From: Acidobacteriota bacterium
Lineage (GTDB): Bacteria > Acidobacteriota > Thermoanaerobaculia > Multivoradales > JAHEKO01
Assembly (NCBI GenBank): GCA_027296385.1
Contig: JAPUJD010000137.1
Span: 1 to 41,820, forward strand
DNA length: 41,820 nucleotides
Reading direction: 5' to 3'
In this document: in pieces, positions 8,253 through 17,623 of the stretch
How the letters are laid out: each line of letters begins with the position of its first letter
Position numbering within the stretch: position 1 is the first letter of the stretch
The notes under the pieces: generated by a model
What the model was told of the DNA's origin: nothing
Database searches by the model: none
What the model saw: the letters and a program-made list of their open reading frames with translations, nothing else
Position numbers and translations under genes: made by a program

Positions 8253-8282
8253 AAGCTAGCAACAATGACTCCAAGGTGTCAA
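8253..8282 (-). promoter_or_regulatory. Candidate sigma70 promoter for pilM operon (perfect -35 TTGACA, 18-nt spacer, -10 TAGCTT)
   Basis: On the minus strand, TTGACA is the reverse complement of 8277..8282 and TAGCTT is the reverse complement of 8253..8258. The element lies about 65 nt upstream of the pilM ATG. It overlaps a GG-N10-GC element and a tandem GCTAGC repeat. Confidence 0.45.
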
Positions 8283-8371
8283 GGCACGCATACACAAGAA
8301 TCTGCGGGCCGGCGGCCTCCTGGTTTGGCGGCAGTGCGCTCTCGGCGCCCGAATGCGCCCGAGTACGCAAG

Positions 8372-10600
8372 TCAGCCGCGCATCGGGCGATCGACCGCGA
8401 TCACTCCGGGGATCTCGCGGACCGAGGCGCGAATCTTGTCCAGATGGCGCCGATCGCTCACCTCGACCACCACCTCGATCGAAGCGCGACCGGTCTCTCG
8501 GGCCTCTCGCGTGTCGGTCTCCATTTGGCTGATGTTGCTACCGTGTTTGGCGATGATCTCGGTGAGCCTGGCGAGGATTCCAGGCCGATCCTCGGTCTCG
8601 ACACGCAGCACCACCGGGAAGACCTCGTCGCTCTTGCCGGCCCAGTCCACCTCGATCTCACGCTCTGGATTGTAGAGGAGGTTTTCGACGTTGGGGCAGT
8701 TGACGGAGTGCACCGAGACTCCCCGGCCGCGGGTGATATAGCCGATGATATCTTCTCCCGGCACCGGGGCGCAGCACTTCGCCAGATAGGCGAGCAGGTC
8801 GTCGTGCCCCTTGACCGTGATGCCCGCGCCACCGCCGAAGGGCAGGATCCGTGAGACCGCCTGGCGCAGCTTCCCCGGCTTCTCGGCCTCGGTTCCCAGC
8901 TGTTCGTCGGTCAGCACCTTGGCCAGCATCTGCTTGACGGTCACCTTGCCAAATCCGATGGCGCTAAAGAGATCGTCGACCCGGGACAAGCCCTCCCGCG
9001 AGAGGTAGCCTGCGAGCGCCGGTTGGGTGAGGAAGCGCTTGAGGCTCACCTTGTGACGACGTAGCCCGCGCTCGACCGACCGCCGACCGATCTCGGTCGA
9101 ACGCTTTTTCTGCTCGGTGTTGAGCCAGTGTCGGATTTTGCTCTTGGCGCGCGTGGTCGCGACGAACTTCAGCCAGTCGCGGCTCGGTTGTCGGTTGGAG
9201 CTGGTGAGGATCTCGACGATGTCGCCGTTCTCGAGCGGTGTCTTGAGCGGCACGAGCTTGCCGTTGACCCGGCCGCCGGAGCAATGATGGCCGAGGTCGG
9301 TATGGATTCGGTAGGCAAAGTCGAGCGGTGTGGCGCCGAAGGGAAAGGAGAACACGTCACCCTTGGGAGTGAAGGCGTAGACCTCGTCCGGATAGAGATC
9401 CACCTTGAGCGCGGTCATGAAGGCGCGTGGATCCTTGACCTCCTTCTGCCATTCCACCAGCTGGCGGAGCCAGACGATGTTGGGGTCGCTCGCCCCCTCT
9501 TTGTTCGCCTCCTTGTAGCTCCAGTGCGCGGCAATGCCTTGCTCGGCGATGCGGTCCATCTCCAGAGTACGAATCTGCACTTCGAAGGGATGCCCCTTCT
9601 CTCCCACCAGCGTTGTGTGCAGCGACTGGTAGAGGTTGGGCTTTGGCATCGCGATGTAGTCCTTGAAGCGGCCCGGTACCGGACGCCAGGTCTGATGCGC
9701 GACGCCGAGGGCCGCGTAGCAGTCCCTTACGTTCTCGGTGAGGACCCGAAAGGCTACGTAGTCGTAGAGCTGCGAGATGTCGAGGCCGCGCCGGCGCAGT
9801 TTGTTGTAGATCGAGTAGAAGCGCTTGACGCGGAAGTTGATGTCGGCGTCGACACCAGCCTCGGCGAGCCGCTCCTCCAGACGGGTCCTTACCTCCTCGA
9901 CCAGCCGCCGGCCGGCCTTCACTTTGCCCTCCACTGCGGTCTGCAACTCGGCAAACTGGTGCGGATAGAGATGATAGAAAGCCATGTCTTCGAGATCGCC
10001 CTGGAGTCGCGACATGCCGAGCCGGCGGGCGAGCGGGGCGTAGATCTCCAGCGTCTCGCGGGCGATTCGCCGCCGCGCCTCGGGCGCCAGGTACTCCAGC
10101 GTCGACATGTTGTGCCAGCGATCAGCTAGCTTGACGAGAATCGCCCTGATGTCCTTGACCGAGGCAAGGATGAGCTTGCGGAAGGTCTCGGCCTGCGCCT
10201 GGTCGCGACGCACATACTCGTGCTGGCCGATCTTGGTGACGCCGTCGACCAGTTCGGCGATGTCGCTGCCGAAGCGCTCTTGCAGGTCTTCCCGGGTGGC
10301 CAGGGTGTCCTCGAGCACGTCGTGCAGCAGGCCGGCGGCAACGCAGGTCGCGTCGAAGCCGAGATCGGCCAGGGTGTAGCCGACCTGTAGCGGGTGCGTC
10401 AGATAGGGCTCACCCGAGCGCCGCTTTTGATCGCTGTGCTTGTCGGCCGAGAAGTCGTAGACACGCTTCAAGAGATCGTGATCGAAGGCCCGGTCGCTCT
10501 CTTCCAGCCGCGCGACGATGTCCGCGAGCTCGACCTTCTTGGGTCGCTCCACTGGCGGCTTCTGGCGCAACCGCGACAGGCGTTCGCGTACCGACGGCAT
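8372..10600 (-). CDS. rel: Bifunctional (p)ppGpp synthetase/hydrolase (RelA/SpoT homologue)
   Basis: 742 aa. HD hydrolase motif (HPLQV..LLHDVLEDT), RelA/SpoT synthetase core (YIAMPKPNLYQSLHTT), TGS and C-terminal ACT-like domain. Confidence 0.95.
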   Translation of the reverse strand: MPSVRERLSRLRQKPPVERPKKVELADIVARLEESDRAFDHDLLKRVYDFSADKHSDQKRRSGEPYLTHPLQVGYTLADLGFDATCVAAGLLHDVLEDTLATREDLQERFGSDIAELVDGVTKIGQHEYVRRDQAQAETFRKLILASVKDIRAILVKLADRWHNMSTLEYLAPEARRRIARETLEIYAPLARRLGMSRLQGDLEDMAFYHLYPHQFAELQTAVEGKVKAGRRLVEEVRTRLEERLAEAGVDADINFRVKRFYSIYNKLRRRGLDISQLYDYVAFRVLTENVRDCYAALGVAHQTWRPVPGRFKDYIAMPKPNLYQSLHTTLVGEKGHPFEVQIRTLEMDRIAEQGIAAHWSYKEANKEGASDPNIVWLRQLVEWQKEVKDPRAFMTALKVDLYPDEVYAFTPKGDVFSFPFGATPLDFAYRIHTDLGHHCSGGRVNGKLVPLKTPLENGDIVEILTSSNRQPSRDWLKFVATTRAKSKIRHWLNTEQKKRSTEIGRRSVERGLRRHKVSLKRFLTQPALAGYLSREGLSRVDDLFSAIGFGKVTVKQMLAKVLTDEQLGTEAEKPGKLRQAVSRILPFGGGAGITVKGHDDLLAYLAKCCAPVPGEDIIGYITRGRGVSVHSVNCPNVENLLYNPEREIEVDWAGKSDEVFPVVLRVETEDRPGILARLTEIIAKHGSNISQMETDTREARETGRASIEVVVEVSDRRHLDKIRASVREIPGVIAVDRPMRG

Positions 10601-10680
10601 CGGACACTGAATATATCGCCCTTGGCCCGGACTTCTCTCCCCGGCTCTACTGCGACGGCGCCCGCTTCGCCGCCGTGGTT

Positions 10681-11853
10681 CTACTTCGATCGGCGCTTAG
10701 ATCGCGCCTCGGCGCCGAACCAGTGCTCCCAGAGCAGAGCGAAGGGGCTGGCGATATAGATCGAGGAGTAGGTACCCACGATGACGCCGACCGTGAGGAT
10801 GAAGGCGAAACCTCGCAGGACGTCGCCACCGAGGAAAAGCAGGCAGCCGACCACCAGCAGGGTCGTCCCGGAGGTCAACACGGTCCGCGACAGCGTTTGG
10901 TTGAGGCTCTGGTTCATGATCTCGAGCAGCGAGCCGCGCCGGTTCTGGCGCAGGTTCTCCCGCACCCGGTCGAAGACCACGACCGTATCGTTGACCGAGT
11001 ACCCGACCAGGGTGAGAAAGCCCGCGATCGTGGTCACGTTGAACTCGAGTCCTGCCAGCGCGAAGAGACCGAGGCAGACAAAGACATCGTGAGTCACCGC
11101 CACCAGGGCTCCGATGCCGTAGCGCAGCTCGAACCGCAGCCAGATGTAGAGGAGCATGCCAAAGAGAGCCAGGATGACGGCCATCAAGCCACGCTGCCTG
11201 AGCTCGGAACCGATCTGGGGACCGACATTCTCCGCGCCGACCACCGTGAACGACCCGAGGTCGGCGTTCTGGCGCAAGGCCTCCGCTGCCTCGAGGCTGA
11301 GCTCGGCCACGCCAGAGAGTTGATCCCACGAAGTGAGCAAGCCGATCTCGCGCTTGACCTCTCCCACCGCCGCGGCCACGTCGCGGTAGTGCCGGCTGGC
11401 CTGAGCCTCATCCAGAGCCCGCAGCTGATCTGGATCGAGCTCGGTCAGAAAACTGGCGAGCGCCTGCACACCTTGCTCGTTGACGTCGAGTCGACCACTG
11501 CCGGTGCCGTACAGGCCTCGGATGGCGTCGACGATCTGGACACGGGACCCCTCCTCGGAGCCCTCGGCCAGCGGAGTCTTGATGATGGCCTCGTTGTCGA
11601 CGAGATCACCGAAGCGCTGGATCGATACGTCCTCGATCCCGCTGGCGTTCATCAAGTCGCGCAGCTGGTCGATCTGGGGCGGGGTGGAGAATTTGACCGT
11701 CAACTGGGTGCCGCCGACGAAGTCGATGCCGAAGTTGAGGCCATCGCCGGTGACCACCAGCGCGAGCGCGACGGCAAGCAGCACGGCGGACACACTCGCC
11801 CCGATGCGCCGGTAGCGCATGAAGTCGATCTTGGTGTCACGGAAGAATTGCAT
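10681..11853 (-). CDS. secF: Protein translocase subunit SecF
   Basis: 390 aa. Begins MQFFRDTKIDFMRYRR. Multi-TM SecD/SecF C-terminal domain. AGGAG SD. Directly downstream of secD. Confidence 0.92.
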   Translation of the reverse strand: MQFFRDTKIDFMRYRRIGASVSAVLLAVALALVVTGDGLNFGIDFVGGTQLTVKFSTPPQIDQLRDLMNASGIEDVSIQRFGDLVDNEAIIKTPLAEGSEEGSRVQIVDAIRGLYGTGSGRLDVNEQGVQALASFLTELDPDQLRALDEAQASRHYRDVAAAVGEVKREIGLLTSWDQLSGVAELSLEAAEALRQNADLGSFTVVGAENVGPQIGSELRQRGLMAVILALFGMLLYIWLRFELRYGIGALVAVTHDVFVCLGLFALAGLEFNVTTIAGFLTLVGYSVNDTVVVFDRVRENLRQNRRGSLLEIMNQSLNQTLSRTVLTSGTTLLVVGCLLFLGGDVLRGFAFILTVGVIVGTYSSIYIASPFALLWEHWFGAEARSKRRSK

Positions 11854-11893
11854 GCAACGCTCCTGGCGCTCGCCGGCCCCGCCGGCGCACGAG

Positions 11894-13462
11894 TTAGATC
11901 GAGAGCCGCTCGACTTTCCGCCGGCGCGACAGCAGCAAATCGAAGATCCAGCGGCTGACGAAGAGGGCAGTGAAAAGGGAGGCCAAGATTCCTACCGAGA
12001 GGGTGACCGCGAAGCCGCGGATCGGTCCGGTGCCGAACTGGAAGAGAAAGAGGGCGGCGATCAGCGTCGTGATGTTGGCGTCGAGAACCGTCGACAGGGC
12101 CTTGCCGAACCCAGACTCGATCGACGACCGAACCGTGCGGCCTTTGCGCAGCTCTTCACGAATACGTTCGAACACCAGCACGTTGGCGTCGACCGCCATG
12201 CCGATGATCAGCACGATGCCGGCGATTCCGGGCAGGGTCAGCGTGGCGCCGAAGTAGGCCAGGGCACCGAAAATGAGAACGATGTTGAGCAACAGCGCGA
12301 CGACCGCGTTGATGCCCGAGAGCTTGTAGTAGACCATCATCGCGAGCACGACGAGGCCGAAGCCCAGGACGCCGGCTCGTAGGCCGCGCCGGATCGAGTC
12401 CTGGCCGAGTGACGGGCCCACCGTGCGCTCCTCGAGGTAGGTGATTCCCGCCGGCAGGGCGCCGGAGCGCAGCACGGTCGAGAGATCCTCCACCTCCTGC
12501 TGGGTGAAAGAACCCTCGATGATGCCCGAATCGAAGATCTGGCCGTTGATGTTGGGCGCCGAGACGACGTTGCCATCGAGCACGATGGCTAGGCCTTTGT
12601 CGATGTTGGCGCCGGTGACCTCACCGAACTTGATGCCGCCCTCGTGGGTCAAGTAGAAGTTGACCACCGGCTGGTTGAAGTTCCCCAGGCCGGGCCGGGC
12701 GTTGCGCAGGTCGCGCCCCGTGATGGCGTTGCGTTTCTCGACCGCGTAGTAGAGGCGACCCGTCTCCTGGTCGGCGTCGTCGCGGAGAATCTGGCTCTTG
12801 ATCTCGAGATGGTCCGGCAGGGATCCGCCGTAGTTGGCGACGATCTCCTCGGCGCTCGCTGCAGCGCCGCCACGGAAGGGATAGTCGACGATGCGGAACT
12901 CGAGGAAGGCAGTGTTCTTGATCAGCGCCTTGACCCGCTCCGGGTCGTCGACCCCCGGCAGCTGCACGACGATGCGGCGCTCACCCTGGCGCTGGATGAC
13001 CGGTTCGGTCACGCCGAAGGTATCGATACGGTTGCGAATGGTCTCCAGGGCCTGCACGACCGCCAGCTGACGGATCTCGTTGAGGTTGACCTGCGTCATC
13101 CGGAAGGCTAGATCGTCGCCCCTGCGCTGCCAGCTCCAGCCGACGAGGAAGTCCTCGACGGTCTTGTCGATGTCGTCATCCTTCTGTGGCCCGACGCCGT
13201 GGATGACGAAGGTGTTGTCGCCCGTGCGCTCGGCCGTAGCGCCTGCGGCACCACCGTCGACCAGCTCCGCCACCATGCGGTCGAGATCCTTGTCGGTCTC
13301 TGAGCGCACCGCGTCTTCGGTCTCGACCTGAAGCACGAGGTGGATGCCACCGCGCAGATCGAGGCCGAGCTTGAGGTTGTCTTTCAGCGGATAGGCCGAC
13401 AGCACCGAGAGGAGGACCACCGCCGCGATCGCCAGACCACGCCAGAGCAGACTCTTGTTCAT
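11894..13462 (-). CDS. secD: Protein translocase subunit SecD
   Basis: 522 aa. N-terminal TM helix, large periplasmic domain and C-terminal 5-TM SecDF domain. ATGA overlap with the yajC stop. Confidence 0.93.
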   Translation of the reverse strand: MNKSLLWRGLAIAAVVLLSVLSAYPLKDNLKLGLDLRGGIHLVLQVETEDAVRSETDKDLDRMVAELVDGGAAGATAERTGDNTFVIHGVGPQKDDDIDKTVEDFLVGWSWQRRGDDLAFRMTQVNLNEIRQLAVVQALETIRNRIDTFGVTEPVIQRQGERRIVVQLPGVDDPERVKALIKNTAFLEFRIVDYPFRGGAAASAEEIVANYGGSLPDHLEIKSQILRDDADQETGRLYYAVEKRNAITGRDLRNARPGLGNFNQPVVNFYLTHEGGIKFGEVTGANIDKGLAIVLDGNVVSAPNINGQIFDSGIIEGSFTQQEVEDLSTVLRSGALPAGITYLEERTVGPSLGQDSIRRGLRAGVLGFGLVVLAMMVYYKLSGINAVVALLLNIVLIFGALAYFGATLTLPGIAGIVLIIGMAVDANVLVFERIREELRKGRTVRSSIESGFGKALSTVLDANITTLIAALFLFQFGTGPIRGFAVTLSVGILASLFTALFVSRWIFDLLLSRRRKVERLSI

Positions 13463-13773
13463 GCAGCCCCCTTGTCGGCGCCGGAGCTCGCGATCGCCGA
13501 ACGGTCCACCTTGAGGCGCACGTTGTCGGCTACCTTGAGGATGAGGGTCTCGTCGTCGAGGGCGTAGACCTCGCCATGGAGGCCGCCGTTGGTGACCACT
13601 TTGTCGCCCTTCTTGAGCTCGGTGATCATCGCCTGATGGGCCTTCTGACGCTTGCGGGCGGGCGCGATCAGAAGGAAGTAGAAGATGCCGAAGATCAGGA
13701 CGAGCGGCAGGAAGTTCATCAGCCCGGGCTGGGAGGTGGCTTGCGCGATCGTCAGGGTAAGAACACTCATCAC
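13459..13773 (-). CDS. yajC: Preprotein translocase subunit YajC
   Basis: 104 aa. Single TM helix (LPLVLIFGIFYFLLI) followed by RKRQK..GDKVVTNGGLHG, which is typical of YajC. Sits in tgt-yajC-secD-secF synteny. Confidence 0.9.
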   Translation of the reverse strand: MMSVLTLTIAQATSQPGLMNFLPLVLIFGIFYFLLIAPARKRQKAHQAMITELKKGDKVVTNGGLHGEVYALDDETLILKVADNVRLKVDRSAIASSGADKGAA

Positions 13774-13824
13774 TGACTCCTTCTCCGCTTCGTCTGAATC
13801 GGGATAAAACTGAGTCGGGCTCCC

Positions 13825-14952
13825 TCAGGAGCCGGGTTTGTCGGCCCCATCGCCGACATAAGCAGCCTCGATCGAGGACAGCAATTCAGCCAGCGAGCCG
13901 GACGCGATAGCTTCGCGGAGATCCCGCATAAAGTCAAGATAGAAACGGAGGTTGTGGAGGGTAGCGAGGACCTGCGCGGTGACCTCTCCGGAACGGAAGA
14001 GGTGGTGCAGGAAAGCGCGGCTGGAAGTCTTGCAGGATGGGCATTCGCAGCCCTCCTCGATCGGCCGCGAATCGGTCCGGAAACGGGCGTTCCTGATCCG
14101 TAGCAGGCCACGGCGAGTGTAGAGCTGGCCGTGGCGTCCGTTGCGCGACGGCAGGACGCAGTCGAACATGTCGATGCCGTGGCTGACGGCGTGAGCGATA
14201 TCCCAGGGCGTGCCGACACCCATCAGGTAGCGCGGCTTGTCCGCCGGCAGCTTCCCGGCGATCCACTCCACCACCCGATGCCGGTCCTCGGTGGGCTCTC
14301 CGACGCTCACTCCGCCGATCGCGTAGCCGGAGAAGTCCATCTCGGCCAGCTCGCGCACGGCTTGGCGTCGCAGCTCGGGAAAGACCGAGCCCTGAACGAT
14401 ACCGAAGAGCCCGCTCGGCTCGCCGCTCCAGGCCGCCCGGGCGCGCCGCGCCCAGGCCAGTGTCCTCGCGAGCGATTCTTCGGCGTCCCGGCGCGACACC
14501 GGCCACGCAGGACACTCGTCGAGTACCATGGCGATGTCGACGCCGAGGCGGCGCTGAAGGTCGATGACGCTCTCCGGCGTCAACCTCATCTCGGCGCCAT
14601 CGACGTGATTGCGAAAGGTCACGCCGTCGTCGTCGATGCGTCGCAAGCGCGCCAGCGAGAAAACCTGGAAACCCCCGCTGTCGGTGAGGATCGGCCCCGG
14701 CCAGCCGGTGAAGGCGTGGATGCCGCCCAGGTTCTCGATCGTCTCCACGCCTGGCCGCACGGCCAGGTGGTAGAGGTTCGACAGCATGATCGAGGTGCCG
14801 GTGGCGGCGAGCTGGCTCGCCGTCAGCCCCTTGACCGCGCCCAGCGAGGCGACCGGCATGAAAGTAGGAGTCTCGATCACGCCGCGCTCGGTCTCGAGCC
14901 TTCCACGGCGGGCCGCGCCGGCGCACGACTCCACACTGAACCGTAAGCCCAC
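13825..14952 (-). CDS. tgt: Queuine tRNA-ribosyltransferase
   Basis: 375 aa. Motifs TDSGGFQV, LDEC, GIVQG, YAIGGVSVGE, and the zinc site CxCxxC..H (CECPSC..HH). Confidence 0.94.
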   Translation of the reverse strand: MGLRFSVESCAGAARRGRLETERGVIETPTFMPVASLGAVKGLTASQLAATGTSIMLSNLYHLAVRPGVETIENLGGIHAFTGWPGPILTDSGGFQVFSLARLRRIDDDGVTFRNHVDGAEMRLTPESVIDLQRRLGVDIAMVLDECPAWPVSRRDAEESLARTLAWARRARAAWSGEPSGLFGIVQGSVFPELRRQAVRELAEMDFSGYAIGGVSVGEPTEDRHRVVEWIAGKLPADKPRYLMGVGTPWDIAHAVSHGIDMFDCVLPSRNGRHGQLYTRRGLLRIRNARFRTDSRPIEEGCECPSCKTSSRAFLHHLFRSGEVTAQVLATLHNLRFYLDFMRDLREAIASGSLAELLSSIEAAYVGDGADKPGS

Positions 14953-14958
14953 AGACTG

Positions 14959-15708
14959 CTACTGCAGGCCAGCGCGGCGGTTGAGATCGATCGTGCGCAC
15001 CTGGACGTCGTTGGGCAGCTGCAGCTCGAAGCGCCCCTCGGCGATGGGCTCGTTGACGCGGAAGTTCGAGAATTCGTAGTCCGTGACGTCGCCATCAGCC
15101 TCGACGTAGCGCAGTCGCACCGGCAGGTAGGTCTTTGGATCGACCCAGATGTCCATGCCCTGCAACCGCCGGGCGACGCGCTCGAACTTGGGCTCCATGC
15201 TCAAGTGAAAGGGGAGCAGGCGGTCGGCCGGCAGCGTCAGACGGACATCGAAATACTCGATCAGTCGCGCCAGCGAGCTGCCAGCGCCGAGATAGTCCAG
15301 CACGCGCTGCGAATGACGGCCGATCTCGATCTCTTCGACCTGGCTGAGATCGCGATACCAGGTCACCATGTGATCGCCATCGATCAGCAGCGAGATCGGT
15401 GTCGGATCGTCGTACTCCCAGCGCACGCGGTCCGGCGCAGCGTACGAGAACACCCCGGTCGCCAGCTCCGGCTCCAGCAACAGTTCGCTCTCCTTGCGCT
15501 GGACAAAATCCGACTCCAAGGTCTCCAGGTTCTCTTGTTCGAGCCGCATGTTCTCGACCAGCAGTGTCAGACGCTCGCCCGGCTCGACATCGTACGGGCT
15601 CGAGCGCTCCTGCGCGTACCCTCCCGCGGATGGCAAGAACGGGGCCGCCAGCCCAAAGAGCAGGCCGAGGAACCCAACGCGCCTCGTTGCCTGTCGTTGT
15701 CTCTTCAT
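14959..15708 (-). CDS. LolA-like outer-membrane lipoprotein carrier / lipoprotein-sorting family protein
   Basis: The track ORF is trimmed to the ATG at 15708 (MKRQRQATRRVGFLGLLFGLAAPFL signal peptide). The body resembles the LolA-like fold (FVQRKESELL.., DRVRWEY.., VTDYEFSNFRVN). Confidence 0.65.
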   Translation of the reverse strand: MKRQRQATRRVGFLGLLFGLAAPFLPSAGGYAQERSSPYDVEPGERLTLLVENMRLEQENLETLESDFVQRKESELLLEPELATGVFSYAAPDRVRWEYDDPTPISLLIDGDHMVTWYRDLSQVEEIEIGRHSQRVLDYLGAGSSLARLIEYFDVRLTLPADRLLPFHLSMEPKFERVARRLQGMDIWVDPKTYLPVRLRYVEADGDVTDYEFSNFRVNEPIAEGRFELQLPNDVQVRTIDLNRRAGLQ

Positions 15709-15807
15709 TTCAGTGTTCCCGCCTCCAGGCCGGCGTACCGGCCAAAGAGCGGCGGATGGTATCGACGCCACGGTTATGATGCAAAGCGGATTCTCGCACG
15801 GACCCTC

Positions 15808-16323
15808 ATGTCTTCTCCAATCTCATGGGTCGCCATCGCGCTCGGAAGCAACCTCGGCGATCGCGAAGCCCGGCTCGCCACCGCGATCAGCGCCCTGTCT
15901 GAGACGTTGTTCGACCTGCGTGTCGGCGGCCTGTACGAATCGGAACCTATCGGGCAAGCAAACCAGCCTGCGTATCTCAACAGCGTCGTTGTCGGCCGTA
16001 CCCGCCTCGGTCCAGAACCCCTCATGGCGGTATTGAAATTCCTCGAGCGCCGCGCCGGCCGCGAGCGCGGTGAGCGCTGGGGCCCGCGGCCGCTCGACCT
16101 CGACCTGCTGCTGCATGGCGAAGTCCGGATCGTCTCGCCGGCGCTGACGCTACCTCACCCGGAGCTGCGCCGGAGGGCCTTCGTGCTCGCGCCTCTGGCG
16201 GACGCCGCACCCGCGCTCGAGCTGCCGCCGGATGGGGCCCCCGTCGATGCCGTGCTGGCCGCGCTCGCAGCGGAACCGCCGAGGCCTCTCGTTTGGTCGT
16301 TCCTGCCTCCAGGGGCTTACTAA
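15808..16323 (+). CDS. folK: 2-amino-4-hydroxy-6-hydroxymethyldihydropteridine diphosphokinase
   Basis: This is the C-terminal part of track ORF 15205..16323, starting at the ATG at 15808 (MSSPISWVAIALGSNLGDR). Motifs WGPRPLDLDLL and LTLPHPEL..RAFVL are typical of HPPK. Confidence 0.9.
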   Translation: MSSPISWVAIALGSNLGDREARLATAISALSETLFDLRVGGLYESEPIGQANQPAYLNSVVVGRTRLGPEPLMAVLKFLERRAGRERGERWGPRPLDLDLLLHGEVRIVSPALTLPHPELRRRAFVLAPLADAAPALELPPDGAPVDAVLAALAAEPPRPLVWSFLPPGAY

Positions 16324-16404
16324 AGAACCCTCGCGGCTTGCTGAGCGACCACCCTCGCCCTGCTATCCTCTGCCGGCACTCGAGCGCCAAAGACGAGAAC
16401 CGAC

Positions 16405-17604
16405 GTGAGCGCCACCGCTTCCTTCCGCGATCCGATCCACGGCTTCATCAACGCCGATGAGCTCGAGACCGCACTGATCAACAGCCGCCCCCTGCAGCGA
16501 CTGCGCTGGATCCGACAGCTCGGCATGGCCTACCTCGTCTTCCCGGGCGCCGAGCACAGCCGCTTCAGCCATGTGCTAGGCGTCATGCATCTTGCCGGCC
16601 GGGTCTATGACGCCACCGCCGCCGCCAGCGACGGCCTGCTCGACACGGCGCCCGACAGCCACGACCGGCGCTTGGTGCGTGCCGCGGCCTTGCTCCATGA
16701 CATCGGTCACCCGCCGTTCTCCCATTCGGCCGAGAAGCTATTTGAAGAGCCGATCCATCACGAGGAAATGACCTGCCGCCTCATCGACCTGGACGAGATC
16801 GCAGAGGCGTTCGCGCTTCTCGGCAACGGCATCCGTGGCAACGACGTCGTTCATATCCTGACCAAGCCGCGAGACTCGAAGGAGCACCTGCTGTCACAGA
16901 TCGTCGCCGGTGAGCTCGATGTCGACAAGATGGACTACCTGCGGCGCGACAGTCTCTACTGCGGGGTGCGCTACGGTAGCTACGACCTCGACCGCCTGCT
17001 GCACACGATGCTGCCGCTTGAGGATCCCGCTACCGGCGATTGGGGCCTGGGCGTCGAGGAGGGCGGAGTGCACGCCCTCGAAGGCCTCGTGATGGCGCGC
17101 TACTACATGTTCACGCAGGTGTACTTCAACGTCACCAGCAAGGCGTACGAACTCCACCTCTCCAAGTGGCTCGAGGACGAGGGCCTGCGTTGGCCGGTCG
17201 AGCCGGAGCGCTTCCTGGACCACGACGACATCACCACCTGGACGCGGATGCGGGCCTCCCGGTCGCGTCACGGCCAGGCCGTGGTCAAACGCCGCGCCTT
17301 CCCCCTCGCCTTCGAGACGAACGAGCACCTGAGCTCGGCCGAGAGAGAGCGCTTCGAAGCGCTCGTACCCGAGTTCGAGGGGCGTTTCGGGGCCGAGAAC
17401 CTGATGATCTCCAACTCGGCCAAAGACCCCCACCGGCTGCGCCAGGCGAGGGTCTTCGCCCGGCTCTTCGACGGCCGGCTCTCACCGATGGCAGAAGCGA
17501 GTCACTTCATCGGCCACCTGGCCCGCATCGACCGCTTCCGGGTCTACGCCGCGCACCACATCGTCGAGGAAGTCGGCACAGCGATCCGCCGAGCCTGGGC
17601 CTGA
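16405..17604 (+). CDS. HD-domain dNTP triphosphohydrolase-like protein (SAMHD1/EF1143-type HD phosphohydrolase)
   Basis: 399 aa with a GTG start. Motifs RLRWIRQLG, EHSRFSHVLGV, LLHDIGHPPFSH, DVDKMDYLRRDSLYCGV. Confidence 0.85.
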   Translation: MSATASFRDPIHGFINADELETALINSRPLQRLRWIRQLGMAYLVFPGAEHSRFSHVLGVMHLAGRVYDATAAASDGLLDTAPDSHDRRLVRAAALLHDIGHPPFSHSAEKLFEEPIHHEEMTCRLIDLDEIAEAFALLGNGIRGNDVVHILTKPRDSKEHLLSQIVAGELDVDKMDYLRRDSLYCGVRYGSYDLDRLLHTMLPLEDPATGDWGLGVEEGGVHALEGLVMARYYMFTQVYFNVTSKAYELHLSKWLEDEGLRWPVEPERFLDHDDITTWTRMRASRSRHGQAVVKRRAFPLAFETNEHLSSAERERFEALVPEFEGRFGAENLMISNSAKDPHRLRQARVFARLFDGRLSPMAEASHFIGHLARIDRFRVYAAHHIVEEVGTAIRRAWA

Positions 17605-17623
17605 TGGCGGCGCTGCGCTAGCC

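Noticed and set aside
8300-8371. Intrinsic terminator after rel (GGCGC-CCGAAT-GCGCC and GGCC-GGC-GGCC hairpins).
   Set aside because: The stems are only 4-5 bp and there is no convincing U-tract. This is too weak to call.
16405-17604. HD dNTPase-like gene as a nucleotide-depletion anti-phage defence gene.
   Set aside because: It is embedded among housekeeping genes (folK, YfcH-like). No other defence, mobile or hypervariable genes are adjacent. SAMHD1/EF1143-type dNTPases are common core enzymes. The defence role is not excluded, but nothing in the sequence supports it.
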